A stretch of DNA of 64,000 nt, taken from contig NC_043002.1 in NCBI RefSeq assembly GCF_006345805.1, positions 23,064,001 through 23,128,000 of the forward strand. Reading direction: 5' to 3'. Origin of the DNA: Octopus sinensis (lineage: Eukaryota). Position 1 is the stretch's first letter. Every line of letters begins with the position of its first letter. The notes under the pieces are model-generated. The model had not been told where the DNA came from, searched no databases, and saw only the letters and a list, made by a program, of their open reading frames with translations. Made by a program: the position numbers and the translations under genes. Below, piece after piece: positions 13,071 through 25,432 of the stretch.

Positions 13071-13428
13071 GCAATCATCATCATTATTATTTATATTATT
13101 ATCATTTTTTACTAATATTATCAGTGTTGTTTTTTGTTAATGTTATCAGTATAATTGTTCTATTACTGTTTTCTTGTTTTCATTCTTTATTTGTTTGTTA
13201 TAACATTGGAACAAAGCCACAAACTTTAGTAGTGTACAAGAACAATCAATGATACTGTAATAACTGATACTTATTTTATCAACTTCTTTAAGATGAAAAG
13301 CAAAGTAAACGTTGGCAGGAGTCGAATTCACACGGCAAGAGTACTCCACAAGATACGAGAAAACCATTTCTCCGTCTCGTTGGATATCCCATCTATCCAC
13401 GCTACTGATCTTCATACTTATAATATAA

Positions 13429-13788
13429 CGAGCAAAACACCCTCTGTCCAATGGACGGTGCTGAGTTGTCAAATATTTAAACCAAATTTTCTCAAAACAA
13501 CTTGTCCAACCATCCCATAAAAGTGGGGGTTGTGAATTATTTCAAGCCAGCCGGCTTTTTTGTGCAAACTGCACGTGCATTTTTCTCGCGTACGGGTAGT
13601 ATCAATTGCAACAGCTGATGTACTTGCGCGAACAAATGCACGTTCCCACGGTTTTATCGATCGCATTCTCACCTGGAATCGATTTTTGTAATTTTTTCAA
13701 GACTTATACACGCCCTGATACCGTCGGTATCTCGGTATCTACATATCAAATTTGAGCGCAATCAGACGGAGGATGCCCGAGATCTTAG

Positions 13789-13830
<42 letters not shown>

Positions 13831-13851
13831 GAACGGATTTTATATAATAGA
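13429..13851 (-). mobile_element. non-autonomous Helitron-like element
   Basis: The minus strand begins A|TCTATTATATAAAATCC, contains an internal (GT)n, and has a subterminal hairpin with a degenerate terminus (cgag in place of ctag on +). Confidence 0.5.
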
Positions 13852-13946
13852 TTACCAGATGAAACGGTATCTTTTTAATATAGCTTGAATTTGAAATAAC
13901 TTTCATTCAATAACTAATTATTTATTTATTTATTTATTTATTCAAG

Positions 13947-13973
13947 GTAGTTGGTCATACTTGGAACCTGGAG
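13947..13973 (+). CDS. CA: alpha-carbonic anhydrase, 27-nt microexon (phase 1-1), (G)SWSYLEPG(G)
   Basis: Acceptor (TTTA)n-ttcaag and strong donor GGAG|gtaagt. It encodes the W-S-Y motif that begins alpha-CA catalytic domains and joins in frame to 20607. Confidence 0.85.
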
Positions 13974-14519
13974 GTAAGTCGAATTCTTTTACTTTTTGAT
14001 TGTCATTGGCTGTTGTTACCGTTGTTTCTGAAATCGTTGTTGCTTCGTTGTTGGTCATTTCTGATTGAACAGACTTATTCTAAAAGGCATTCTATCCACG
14101 ACCATCTCGTCTTTCTTTCAATTGCTGTATACCTATAACTCCATTAAACAACGTGACCTTTTTCGTTTAAGACAATACGATGTGATTTGAGAAATATTTG
14201 GTTGCTTTTTCTAGTAGGTCAAGCTATCATTGGTTGTCATTGCTGTTGTATACTCCTGGCGTGCTCCTGGTGTGCTCTCTGTCTATGGTATTGAGCTAAA
14301 CGGTCTGTCGTTTGCATATAAACACATAGAACAACAATACTAAACCGCTGGTTGTTGTAAGTATGTTATGGATCTTGTTAAATTTCTTCCAACCACTTGA
14401 AGTCTTTCAAATTTTCGCCAGGTTATAATTTATTATTTTTAAAATTTATTATTAATTTCTAGCAAAAATGAATGCGGTTTTCGTCATCAGTGTGCAAAAC
14501 TACATCAATATATATATAT

Positions 14520-14551
<32 letters not shown>

Positions 14552-14553
<2 letters not shown>

Positions 14554-14660
14554 ACTGCGTGGCACCTTGGGCAAGTGTCTTCTACTATAGCCTCGGGCCG
14601 ACCAAAGCCTTGTGAGTGGATTTGGTAGACGGAAACTGAAAGAAGCCCGTCGTATATATG

Positions 14661-14705
<45 letters not shown>

Positions 14706-14942
14706 TGTGTGTGTGTGTGTGTGTGTATGCGTTTGTTTGTGTGTCTGTGTTTGTCCCCCTAGCATTGTTTGACAACCGATGCTGGTGTGTTTATGTCCCC
14801 GTCACTAAGCGGTTCGGCAAAAGAGACCGATAGAATAAGTACTGGGCTTACAAAGAATAAGTCCCGGGGTCAAGTTGCTCGATCTAGGCGGTGCTCCAGC
14901 ATGGCCGCAGTCAAATGACTGAAACAAGTAAAGAGTAAAAGA
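14552..14942 (+). mobile_element. SINE family A, 5'-truncated
   Basis: Core and tail match 1221-1659. Confidence 0.88.
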
Positions 14943-14947
14943 GTATA

Positions 14948-14997
<50 letters not shown>

Positions 14998-15013
14998 ATA
15001 TATTATATATATA

Positions 15014-15808
15014 TATATACGAAAGAAGGTTGAAAATGCAATTTAAAAGATATTTATTTACTTTACCGGTTTCACTCTTTGGAAAAAGATTGTCAAAAGT
15101 AACATGTGGAAGTTTGGTTGCGTTAATTATTGGTTGTCGCAAATTGCTACATTACATATATATATACAGTCTTTGGTAACAGGGACATGTTAAGGACATA
15201 AAAAAGTACAACAGTATGTTGAGAATATAAAGAGGTTTAACAAGCTCATTGAAAAAATGGGCAGAAAAGATTAAAACAAATATATTATACATCTCAGGGT
15301 AAATTCCAGGAGGAATTATTAAAAAAGTTCAGTACAGAATATTATGAATTCAAAAAGATTTGCATTAATGTAGTGGTGAGGTTGTTACTGACCTGTCCGT
15401 TTTAGCACATTTCTGCTAAAACGGACAGGTCAGTAACAACCTCACCACTACATTAATGCAAATCTTTTTGAATTCATAATATTCTGTACTGAACTTTTTT
15501 AATAATTCCTCCTGGAAATTACCCTGAGATGTATAATATATTTGTTTTAATCTTTTCTGCCCATTTTTTCAATGAGCTTGTTAAACTTCTTTATATTCTC
15601 AACATACTGTTGTACTTTTTTATGTCCTTAACATGTCCCTGTTACCAAAGACTGTATATATATATGTAATGTAGCAATTTGCGACAACCAATAATTAACG
15701 CAACCAAACTTCCACATGTTACTTTTGACAATCTTTTTCCAAAGAGTGAAACCGGTAAAGTAAATAAATATCTTTTAAATTGCATTTTCAAACCTTCTTT
15801 CGTATATA
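15014..15808. repeat. long fold-back palindrome, ~394-bp arms, 6-nt loop (catttc)
   Basis: 15014-15407 vs 15414-15808. Only a few differences seen by eye. Confidence 0.95.
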
Positions 15809-15843
15809 ATTCCACTCGTGCGATACCCCACAACTCAACTTGT

Positions 15844-15893
<50 letters not shown>

Positions 15894-16340
15894 TTTAATA
15901 CCTGGAGAAAATTTGGAACGGAGGAATTTAACAAGAACAGTTGTTATCAGTGCTGCTGTCGTTGTTGTTGTCTAAATGCATTCCAGCTGGAATCGTCTCA
16001 TTTTTGCTTTTGGAATTTTTTACAAAGTTTTGGGAGACATTAAGATCTCATAAAACAATGCCTCGTTTCGTTTTAGTTAGACTGTGATATGAGGGAGATT
16101 TGGCTGCTGTTTTAGCATAACAAGCTACATTTTACAATGGCTTGTAATTTTTCTTGTCGTTGAATTCATAACTGACCCTGTCAATGCAGGTATAGGCTAC
16201 GTAATAATTAGCTATTGCAACATCTGCGCAGCACAAACGCAACGTATCACCTACAGACGCAACCCAACTATGTCACTGTTCATAGTTGAGCTTGGGGTGT
16301 ATTTTAGTGTGGTCTAGGGTTACTTTTAGTTACCTCTGGT

Positions 16341-16409
<69 letters not shown>

Positions 16410-17484
16410 CAGCAGCAACAGTTCTTGCTTTTATTTAGCGCTAGATCACCAAGTCGTTTTCGGGATTCTTAAAGTTATATTTTCTTAGGTGTCATATATT
16501 TTCTTTAGGTGGTAGTGTATTTTCACTGCTCTTTCTAGCAATTCGAAAGATTATGTGTTAGCTCTCTTGCTCTCTTCGCTTATGAGTCTTCGTGGTTTAT
16601 TTCCGGTTACGAGAAGTGTCATCGCTAATTGAGTTATATCTTTCAAGTATCGCTAGTTGAATAATGTCGTGAGGGACACAACATGGCCTTTATACAGAAA
16701 GTTAGAATATTCTCTAACATTTTATATAGAGACACACAGGTATCGCACAGTTTTTGCGTTTGACTATATATATTGTGGTGTGGGTTTTTCCCACACTAAC
16801 ATATCGAGACCGGTGATGTTGCTGCTACACGGAAACAGCCTAGACCCCATCCATAACAAGACCATTTAACTAACTGACTAGTAAAGTAACGATTGTGAAT
16901 GGATCACGGTCAGTTTCGACGATGAGGATTTAGCTGTTCTAGCCGCTGAATTAATATGTAAACGGCTGAGTATTCCACAGATAAGTGCACCATTAATATA
17001 ATCCTCGGGAGGCAGCAGCGTGATATATTGTGAGACTATGCGGTATCTATGAATTACAGGCATAATACGCTTGATGTAATTTCACACAGTTGACGTTTAT
17101 CAGAATTCGCCGGTCGATTTGAGTCTACGATAAAAGATACGAGACGAACATGCCACCAGTGAGATCGAACCCGAAACCATGTGATTACGAAATGAACACC
17201 TTGATCACTTGGCCACATTGCGTCACAACCACACAATACCTATTCGCTAACACACTGACACGTACACACATAAACACGCACTCACAATTTGTCTTCTGTA
17301 TTAATCCATCTTCATTCAAGTCAGTCGATCTAAGTCAATTTATTCCCACATCTATTGTTGTGAGTGTGTGTATAATACTAAAGATAGAAATCAATACATC
17401 TACAATATATTATCTATGTAGCCAACGTCTTTATATCTAAAGTAGTCGAACCAAATTAATATCACTATTAATAATATATATATA

Positions 17485-17534
<50 letters not shown>

Positions 17535-17626
17535 TATATAATATATATTGTATGTATATATATAATATATTGTATATATATTGTATATATATATGAATAT
17601 TATTTATATATATATATGTATATATG

Positions 17627-17657
<31 letters not shown>

Positions 17658-18584
17658 TATATATATACACGCACACACACTCACACACACACATATAATT
17701 ACAGCTGGTAATTTTTAAATCTTTTTATGGTAAAGCCGAGAATCTGTGGAAAGTAATGACAGTCTGCACTGTCAGCTATCATTCCAAGAAGTGTGGTTAT
17801 TGCAATATCAACGGAATCTCTGTGTTATTTAATTAACTCGTAAACATTGCTCTTCTTTGATGACGGTTACAATCTCGAAACGTCATCAAATATTTTTCAC
17901 TTCCTTCACGATGTCCTATATTTATTTTAACTTCTCACACTTTACCTTTTCTGGTCAGCTTTCTTTCCGGTGTTCCTGTGTTCTTTGTGTGAAATTTTAC
18001 AATTCCAACCATTCCGATCTTTTGTGATGGTTCAGTGTTTCTCCTAGAATTGATCGAATCCTCCTTTATATATGTTGTCCTTGTTTTGATTCAGACTCAT
18101 GTCATCCCTAAATGTCATCTCTTGGTTACGGACGTTCCGTCTGTGGCCATCTTCCTTTTTTGCTGCATGGTCACAGATGGAATATCTTTGTACAGGAAAC
18201 CCTGGACTATATTACCCAATGTGTCTTTTCCCAAAATTGTTGATTATGATTTGCAAGAGAGTTAGCTGTTTCTAGCAGATCGAGCAACCACCTAGAAGCC
18301 CTCTCCCAGTCCGTTCTTTAAAGATGTGTCTCTAAAAGAAGCGGCGACGAGAGCACTGATGATGGATTAGTTCCAAATAGCATATCTGTGGTAGCGGGCC
18401 TGGAGGGAGTAATCCTATAAAAGTTTTATTTCGCTGAAAGACATTTAATCTTCCATTATTTCTTAATCTTTTTCCCTGTATTTAATTTTGCTTTGTTGTT
18501 TCATTAGTCAGGCTATTAATGCTATTACTGCCTTGTTAAACAGCACTCTCATAACGATATCCCTGTTCTCCGATTGACAGCCTT

Positions 18585-18674
<90 letters not shown>

Positions 18675-20192
18675 TATATATTATATACATGTATGTATGC
18701 ATGTATAATCTTGAGATCGTGTTAGTAGATACAGCTTTTAATAATATTGACAAATATCTTTTATTAGTTTTTTTATTAACCTGTATTTCTACTTTGTTGA
18801 TGCTGTCAGGTCGGGTCGTTCTTGTGTCCTCTTGTTTCTGTCTCTGCTGCTACTTCTGAGCTTGATTGCTTGGTTGTATAACTAGAGATGCTACTGTATA
18901 CAATATCTAGTTTGTTTATGTTTGTCATTGATATTTTTGATATTTATTAGTCTAAGTACGGTAGAACTAATAGAGCTGATTTTCACGCAGTATTGTTGTT
19001 TGTTTTTATTTCTTCTGTTATATTTTGTTGTTGTGTGTGTGTATGTGTGTTAGTATACTTTCACTCATTGAGTTTTGAAAAAATGCTACTTAGTGATTCT
19101 ATCCTGCGCATGCTTACACATCGGACAGCAGCTCTCAATCAGTTAGATGTTCGTCTGTTTTCTTAGTGTTTGTTGAAGCTGCGAAAACAAAGATGAACAC
19201 TAACTGCTGTCGTTGAGTGCACCTGAATTCAATAAAATGAGATGAAATGAGCAATCATGGGGTTCTCTGATCCAACCAAGCTGCTGGGTTCTCATCCACA
19301 AGTGCATGGGTAGATTACCCTGTTTGTATTTCATGTTCATTACGTTACATATTATTAGTATGTAGTTTTTATATAATCAGTTATATTTATGCAATCAGTC
19401 TATTCAAGTAATATCAAATTTTGATCATGTCCATGCACACTTTCTACTTTCACTTTACCACTTTCGTCTCACTTATCCTCTTTTCCTTTCTTTGGTGACG
19501 ATCTGCTACTCATTTCCTATCTCCTTTTAACTCCTAGCCGTTGCAAATGGATAGGGCAGAACTATTGAGAGTGGTGGGAGTGGGTCAACTTCGTTAATAT
19601 ATTTTTATTTGTTGTTTTTTTTACTTGCTGAGTCTGGTGGAAGAGGCGGTGCCTATGATATTAGCAGACCCTTGTAGACCAGTGAGTTTGATGCCTTTAA
19701 TGATCCTTTTCAGCCATTATCTACATAAAAGATAAGAGGAGAGAGAGAATCCCAGTGGACCGAAGTTCTAAGAAAAAAATGCTTCCGTGTTTAGCGTGGT
19801 GCAACCAGTTACGAGACGGGGAGCTGGATGTAATATGGGTAATGAATAAGGATGGGGCACAGGGCATGGTGTGATGAAGGTGTGATGAGTCCAGCCAGTT
19901 CCGCAGAGTAGAGGCCGTTAAAGTGTGTGGGGGTTACCCTATTTGTCGATCAGGTTATTGCAACTATAAAAAAAATGGCATTCTGTCGGTTACGACGATG
20001 AAGGGGCGCCAGTTTACCCGATGAACGGAGCAGCCTGCGCGTGACATCACCGTACATGCGGCTGAGCACTCCACAGACATGTGAACCCTTAACGTAGTCC
20101 TCAGTCAGATTCAGCGTAACATAGAGTGTGACAAGGCTGGCCCTTTGAAATACAGGTACAACTCATTTTTGCCAGCTGAATGGACTGGAACA

Positions 20193-20224
<32 letters not shown>

Positions 20225-20225
20225 G

Positions 20226-20465
20226 GTAGAATTCACACAAAAAAAGACGAAGACAGGTGGTGTAGACAACAAATAGATGTATTAGTTTAACGCTCGGGAA
20301 GTGAAAAAGTCTTTAACGTTTCGAGCCTACGCTCTGCCATGGAAAAGAACACAGAAAGAAACAAGGAGAGAAAATAAAGAATGTGTAGAGGCTAGCGATC
20401 TATCATCGCGAATGCCGGACAGAGGGATCACACAGGAGAGCTAGGAAGAAGGGGAGATAATAAAG
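20226..20465 (-). mobile_element. Penelope-like terminal repeat fragment
   Basis: The minus strand contains GAGCGTAGGCTCGAAACGT...CCCGAGCGTTAAACTAATAC. Inverted relative of about 46690-46970. Confidence 0.5.
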
Positions 20466-20606
20466 TAGTGTGTATAAAGAGATCCTAGTGGCAACAATAA
20501 GGACATAATTGTGAAATTATCATCACCGTCATCAGCATCATCAGCATTAAAATCATCATCATCGTCACTAACATCATCGCTTTGAACACTCCTACTTGGA
20601 TTACAG

Positions 20607-20771
20607 GAACCATCGACTGGTCGTCAAAGAACAACACCTGTGACGAAACCTTTCAGTCCCCAATCGATATCATCACGTCGGAGGCCATCGATAAACGCTT
20701 TCCTCCTTTTCATATGGAACACTACAGCACCACCGCCGATGGCGCACGCATCGTCAATAACGGGCACACCG
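20607..20771 (+). CDS. CA: alpha-carbonic anhydrase exon: TIDWSSKNNTCDETFQSPIDI...IVNNGHT
   Basis: ttacag acceptor and ACCG|gtaagt donor. Contains the QSPIDI motif, the N-terminal disulfide Cys and NNGHT (His64 proton-shuttle equivalent). Confidence 0.96.
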
Positions 20772-20821
20772 GTAAGTCACACCTCAGTTTTGTTATTGTC
20801 ATCGTTGTAGTTGCTGCCGCC

Positions 20822-21225
20822 GTTGTTGTTGTTCTTCTTCTTCTTCTTCTTTACCTTCTTCTTCTTCTTCTTCTTCTTCTTCTTCTTCTTCTTCTTCTTC
20901 TTCTTCTTCTTCTTCTTCTTCTTCTTCTCCTACTCCTACTCCTACTCCTATTCCTCTTCTCCCTCCGCCTCTTTCCATATCAGATTGTACTGTCAGAAAC
21001 AGAACAATCTACTGAAATTTTGACAATGAACCTAGTACCAAACGTACCCATCCTTCCTTCTTTTCTTCATTCCTCCTCCTTTTTTTCTCTCATTCCTTTT
21101 CCTTCCTTCCTTTCTTTCGCCATTTTTTCTCTTTCTTTCCTTATTCCTTCCATCGTTGGCTCCTTCCATTTTTCTTTCCTCTCTTCCTTATTCCTTTCCT
21201 TTTTTGTTCCGCAAATGTCCTAGCG
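20822..21225 (+). repeat. (CTT)n/(CCTACT)n and CT-rich polypyrimidine tract at the start of a CA intron
   Basis: Read directly. Confidence 0.92.
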
Positions 21226-21826
21226 TTATGTAAACAGTGTTTTTACCCTCACTTCTATAATAATCATGAAACACTTTTCAGTTGTACCGTGTTCCCTAAC
21301 GAGCTAGACCTGCTCATTTTTACGGCTGGAGGGTTAGTAATACTTCATTTCGCCCAAATACCACCAGGTATTACGATTCTTTAATTCTATGATCAAAGCA
21401 GATGACTGGGGGTATTCCAGCCATAACCATTCTTTTTCTTCTTCCAGAAATAATACATCTGATTTATCCAGTGCCTCCTTCCCTTTTCTAAGGTGTTTTT
21501 AGCGGTATGTGCCTGCTTTCTAAAGGATCGAGCGACTGCATACAATCCCTTTCATTGTAAGAGTTGTTGATTAGTCTTAAGTAGTCCCTGAATTGCAAAA
21601 CTATGAATGATCAATGAAGTTTTAGTTGTAGCCATTCTATTTGGTTTTAGATGTATCAAGGAATTCATTACTCAATGTACTCTGCTTTTCGTTTGAGGGC
21701 AGGGTGTGACTTTAGGGAGGTTTAGATGCTATTTCTCGCAGGTAGAGATACCCTACAGGAAAGAACTGTCACTTTAATCTGTTCCAACTGAAGAAATGTT
21801 ACTCCAACCTGCATTACGATATAACC

Positions 21827-21937
<111 letters not shown>

Positions 21938-22554
21938 CTGATCGATTGATAGATAGATAGATACGTGAGTGTATGTGTATGTGTGAATTCTTGAAGGTAA
22001 GGTTTTAAAAAGCTTCATTGCAAACACAAAATGATCTTAATGTTACCCTTGTGCTTCTTTCCTCTTGCTTCAGTCATTTGCGTAGTTCACATCTGAATTC
22101 AAACTGAATGTTTCACAATTCTGTGTGTGCCTCCAAGACTATGATTGTTGCGCTATGCTCTCCACTCAGCTCTGTGAATAACTGATGTTTGCTGACCAGA
22201 TTCAGTATTATATGAAAAAGAGCGGTAGTCCCTCTTGTTTCAACAACTTCCATGTAGCCAAGTGACACCTACTTGTATAACAGAAACCCAAAAACCAGAG
22301 TGCTTTGCATACTTTGTAAGGCCCAACATGAAAGCAAGATTCCTCAATTTCTACAGTAACCTCAGATCTGCTAAATTTTTATCAGATTTGTTTCAAATTA
22401 ACCAGCACAGAAACTGAGGTAGTCAATCATTGTTTTCATAGAGAGATTCACCTGATGACGAGCAGTTGTTTCTCAAAGATACACGGAATGAATTTACTTC
22501 TCGCATGAAACATCAGAACAGGCGTTAAAAGTCTGTCATGTCTGGAGATTTGTA

Positions 22555-22870
22555 GTGAATGCGCATGGCTCAGTGGTTGGAGCGTCGGGCTCACAATCAT
22601 AAGGTAGTGAGTTTGATTTCCCTGGACCGAGCTGTGTTGTGCTCTTGAGCAAGACACTTTATTTCACGTTGCTCCAGTTCACTTAGCTGTAGAAAGGAGT
22701 TGTGACGTCACTGATGCCAAGATGTAATGGTCTTTGCCTTTCCCTCGGATAACATCGATGGCGTGAAGCGGGGAAGATGGTATGCATGGGAGACTGCTGG
22801 TCTTCCATAAACAACCTTGCCCGGACTTGCCTCAGAGGGTAAATTTCTAAGAGCAATCCCATGGTCATTC
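22555..22870 (+). mobile_element. SINE with family C-type head/core and a distinct tail
   Basis: GCATGGCTCAGTGGTT head and CTTGAGCAAGACACTTTATTTCACGTTGCTCCAG core, with an unrelated 3' part. Confidence 0.75.
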
Positions 22871-22949
22871 ATAAACGAAGGTGGTCTTTACTTTTTTTAT
22901 CTGAAGTTTTGTAGCTCAGGCAGTCTTACGTTTGATATCTCCACAGAAA

Positions 22950-24650
22950 AAAAAAGCAACTTATCATTCGATATTGAATATTTTTCCAAGCCCCCAGTTG
23001 TCGTATCACACTTAATGCATGAAAAATGTTTTGTTGAAAATATTGAATAATGTTAGAGATATCATGCGATGACAGCAGTAGAACAATAGTTTGGACGGAA
23101 TTACCCTCATGATGGACTGATTATTAATAAAAGAACATCTTGGGCCTTCTTACTATTATATAGAGAAATATAGCAGTGTTCAGACATTACCTTGGTCCCA
23201 TCTGAAGTTTTATCCTTACAGCCGCTGACATGTGAATATTCATCACCACAAGGTATCCCACGTTATGACTCGTTCTCCAGTCAATGTTTGGGATGACGAT
23301 TCTTCAGGTGATCCTAATGTTGTATACATTCGTTTTCAGGCTGAGGACGAATATGTAGTACATTAGAACCTCAGCTTAAATTAATTTAATAACACTAGAC
23401 AAAATGTATATCCTCGAGAAGAGTGGTTAGTGCACAGAGTTATCCCCCATGCTTGCGAAATACATGCCATAATTTAGGCGTTTTATTAACAATTACTGTT
23501 TTTTTTTTCCTTTTCCATTGATTAATATTGCTTTTGTTTTTTAATTTTTTTTTTGTTTCTTTGTTTTTTATAAATATTTATTTCTTTTACCACTTCTTAC
23601 ATAATTCTAGTAAATCATTTAATACTTCTTTCATTAAATATCTTAGCTCTTATCTTTTGACATTTAACGGGATACGTTGTATAACGACAGCGTGTTTGAC
23701 GTAAGGGCAATCTGTAGGCAACTGATGGTGATGGTATTCTTAACTATTGTTTTCCATGCTTATGACGACTAAGAATAATTTATTCTTCAATGGGTATTAT
23801 GTTTTTAACACCTACCCATATAAAATCTTGTACTTTCCTTCCGTGATTCGTTCATCGCTACTTTGCAAGTACAGTGAAGCCAATGTTCTAATGATGAGGT
23901 CAGAACAATACCGAAACCTAGCCAGGATTTTCTCCCGTACTTGCCGAAAATGTTTAAATAATATCAGTCAAAAGAAATATTACTTTTTCTTTGCCAGGTA
24001 TGTATTTAAACTTTCAGATTAGATTTTTACTGCTCTCCGCAATAATTATGCGAATATTAAATGTAGATTTTTTGCTAAGGGTACTGTTTGGGTTTAATTA
24101 TTCAAGTAGTTATAAATAGCACAATATTTCTTCACCAACCAATATACAGTCTTATACACCTGCTTCATGATTATTCCATCACTACTTTGGAAAAGTATAG
24201 TGAGATTAATGCTCAGCTAATGAGGTTATAATAATACTGGAATATGCCCGTAGTTACTTACTGTACAACCGAAAACACTAAAATAATATTAGTCATCCAT
24301 TAATATTGATTTTCTTCTTGCTGCATAATTATTTCTAATCAAATTCTCAACAATTTCCAGCACCAAAAATGCTAAGACTGGCTTCACAACTGAAAATATA
24401 ACAATCAGCTAGGATTTTCACAAATCAGCTAAAATAATGGTGCTGAACAGGTAGAATTTATAAAGCTTTCGGTTTCAGATATTCCCAGAATATTCAGGTG
24501 ATGTGGTGTGGGTGTTGTGACTCTTGATAGAATCAGTAGGAAATTGCTAAATGCGTAGTAACACCGAATGTTGCATCTAATAAAGACATCCATTCTGCGA
24601 ACAAAACAGGAACCAAACATCTTCAATATTTTATGATTAGGTTGCTATAA
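22950..24650 (-). mobile_element. highly decayed Mutator/MULE-like transposase relic (tentative)
   Basis: Fragments MSLLDATF, ENPS, FKY.YL and a degenerate SWIM-like C.C.D...H lie in the expected order, with many frameshifts. Confidence 0.35.
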
Positions 24651-25280
24651 ATTCTCTTTGGTGTACGTATGTATTTTTAATTTGCTATTTAGTAATCTAA
24701 ATATATATATATATATATAAACTTACATACATACGTATGTGTGTATATATATGTGTGTGAGAATGTGTGTGTCTGTATATATATATATGTGTGTGTCTGT
24801 ATGTATATATATATATATACATATAAACACACGTGTGTGCATATATATATACACGCACATATATGTGTTTATATGCATATGTATATATATACATACACAC
24901 ACATATATACATACATATATATATATACAATATATATATATACATACATATATGTATATATGTATAAATGTATATAAATATATATATTTGTATATAATGT
25001 ATGTATATATATATAACCATACAGACACACACACACACACACATACATTCTCCTTTTCTAGACTGCGTAGTAAGTATGAATGCATGTATGTATGCATGTA
25101 TGCTGTGTATATGTGTGAATGTGTATATCCATGCATGTACATATAGATACATGCGTAGCTGTCTGTACTGCATGTATTTGTCTAGGTATGTATATATGTA
25201 TATATATAGTCCGTAAGTATACATCCTCATCTGAACTGTAACTGGTTATGTCGTTAATTTTGTTTGTTTTTCACGTGAAG

Positions 25281-25432
25281 TGGAGGTACATCTGAACCAA
25301 AGTCCAGCACCTACTCTGTCTGGCGGCGGACTCGATGGTATATATACAGCAGTACAGTTTCATTTTCACTGGGGTTCCTCCGATAATTATGGTTCCGAAC
25401 ATTTTCTCGACGGCAACTCTTTCCCGATGGAG
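25281..25432 (+). CDS. CA: alpha-carbonic anhydrase exon: VEVHL...QFHFHWGSSDNYGSEHFLDGNSFPME
   Basis: gtgaag acceptor (phase 1) and GAG|gtaagt donor. QFHFHWG carries the Gln92/His94/His96 equivalents and GSEH the Glu106 equivalent. Confidence 0.97.

Noticed and set aside
19600-19950. Possible LINE remnant
   Set aside because: No convincing motif could be read in any frame.
20582-21223. 213-aa ORF read as a single-exon or transmembrane CA
   Set aside because: CA similarity ends exactly at the GT donor at 20772. The poly-Leu/Phe stretch is translated (CTT)n intron sequence.
24400-24650. Mitochondrial insertion (NUMT)
   Set aside because: No mitochondrial gene motif was recognised; the fragments fit a decayed MULE transposase better.
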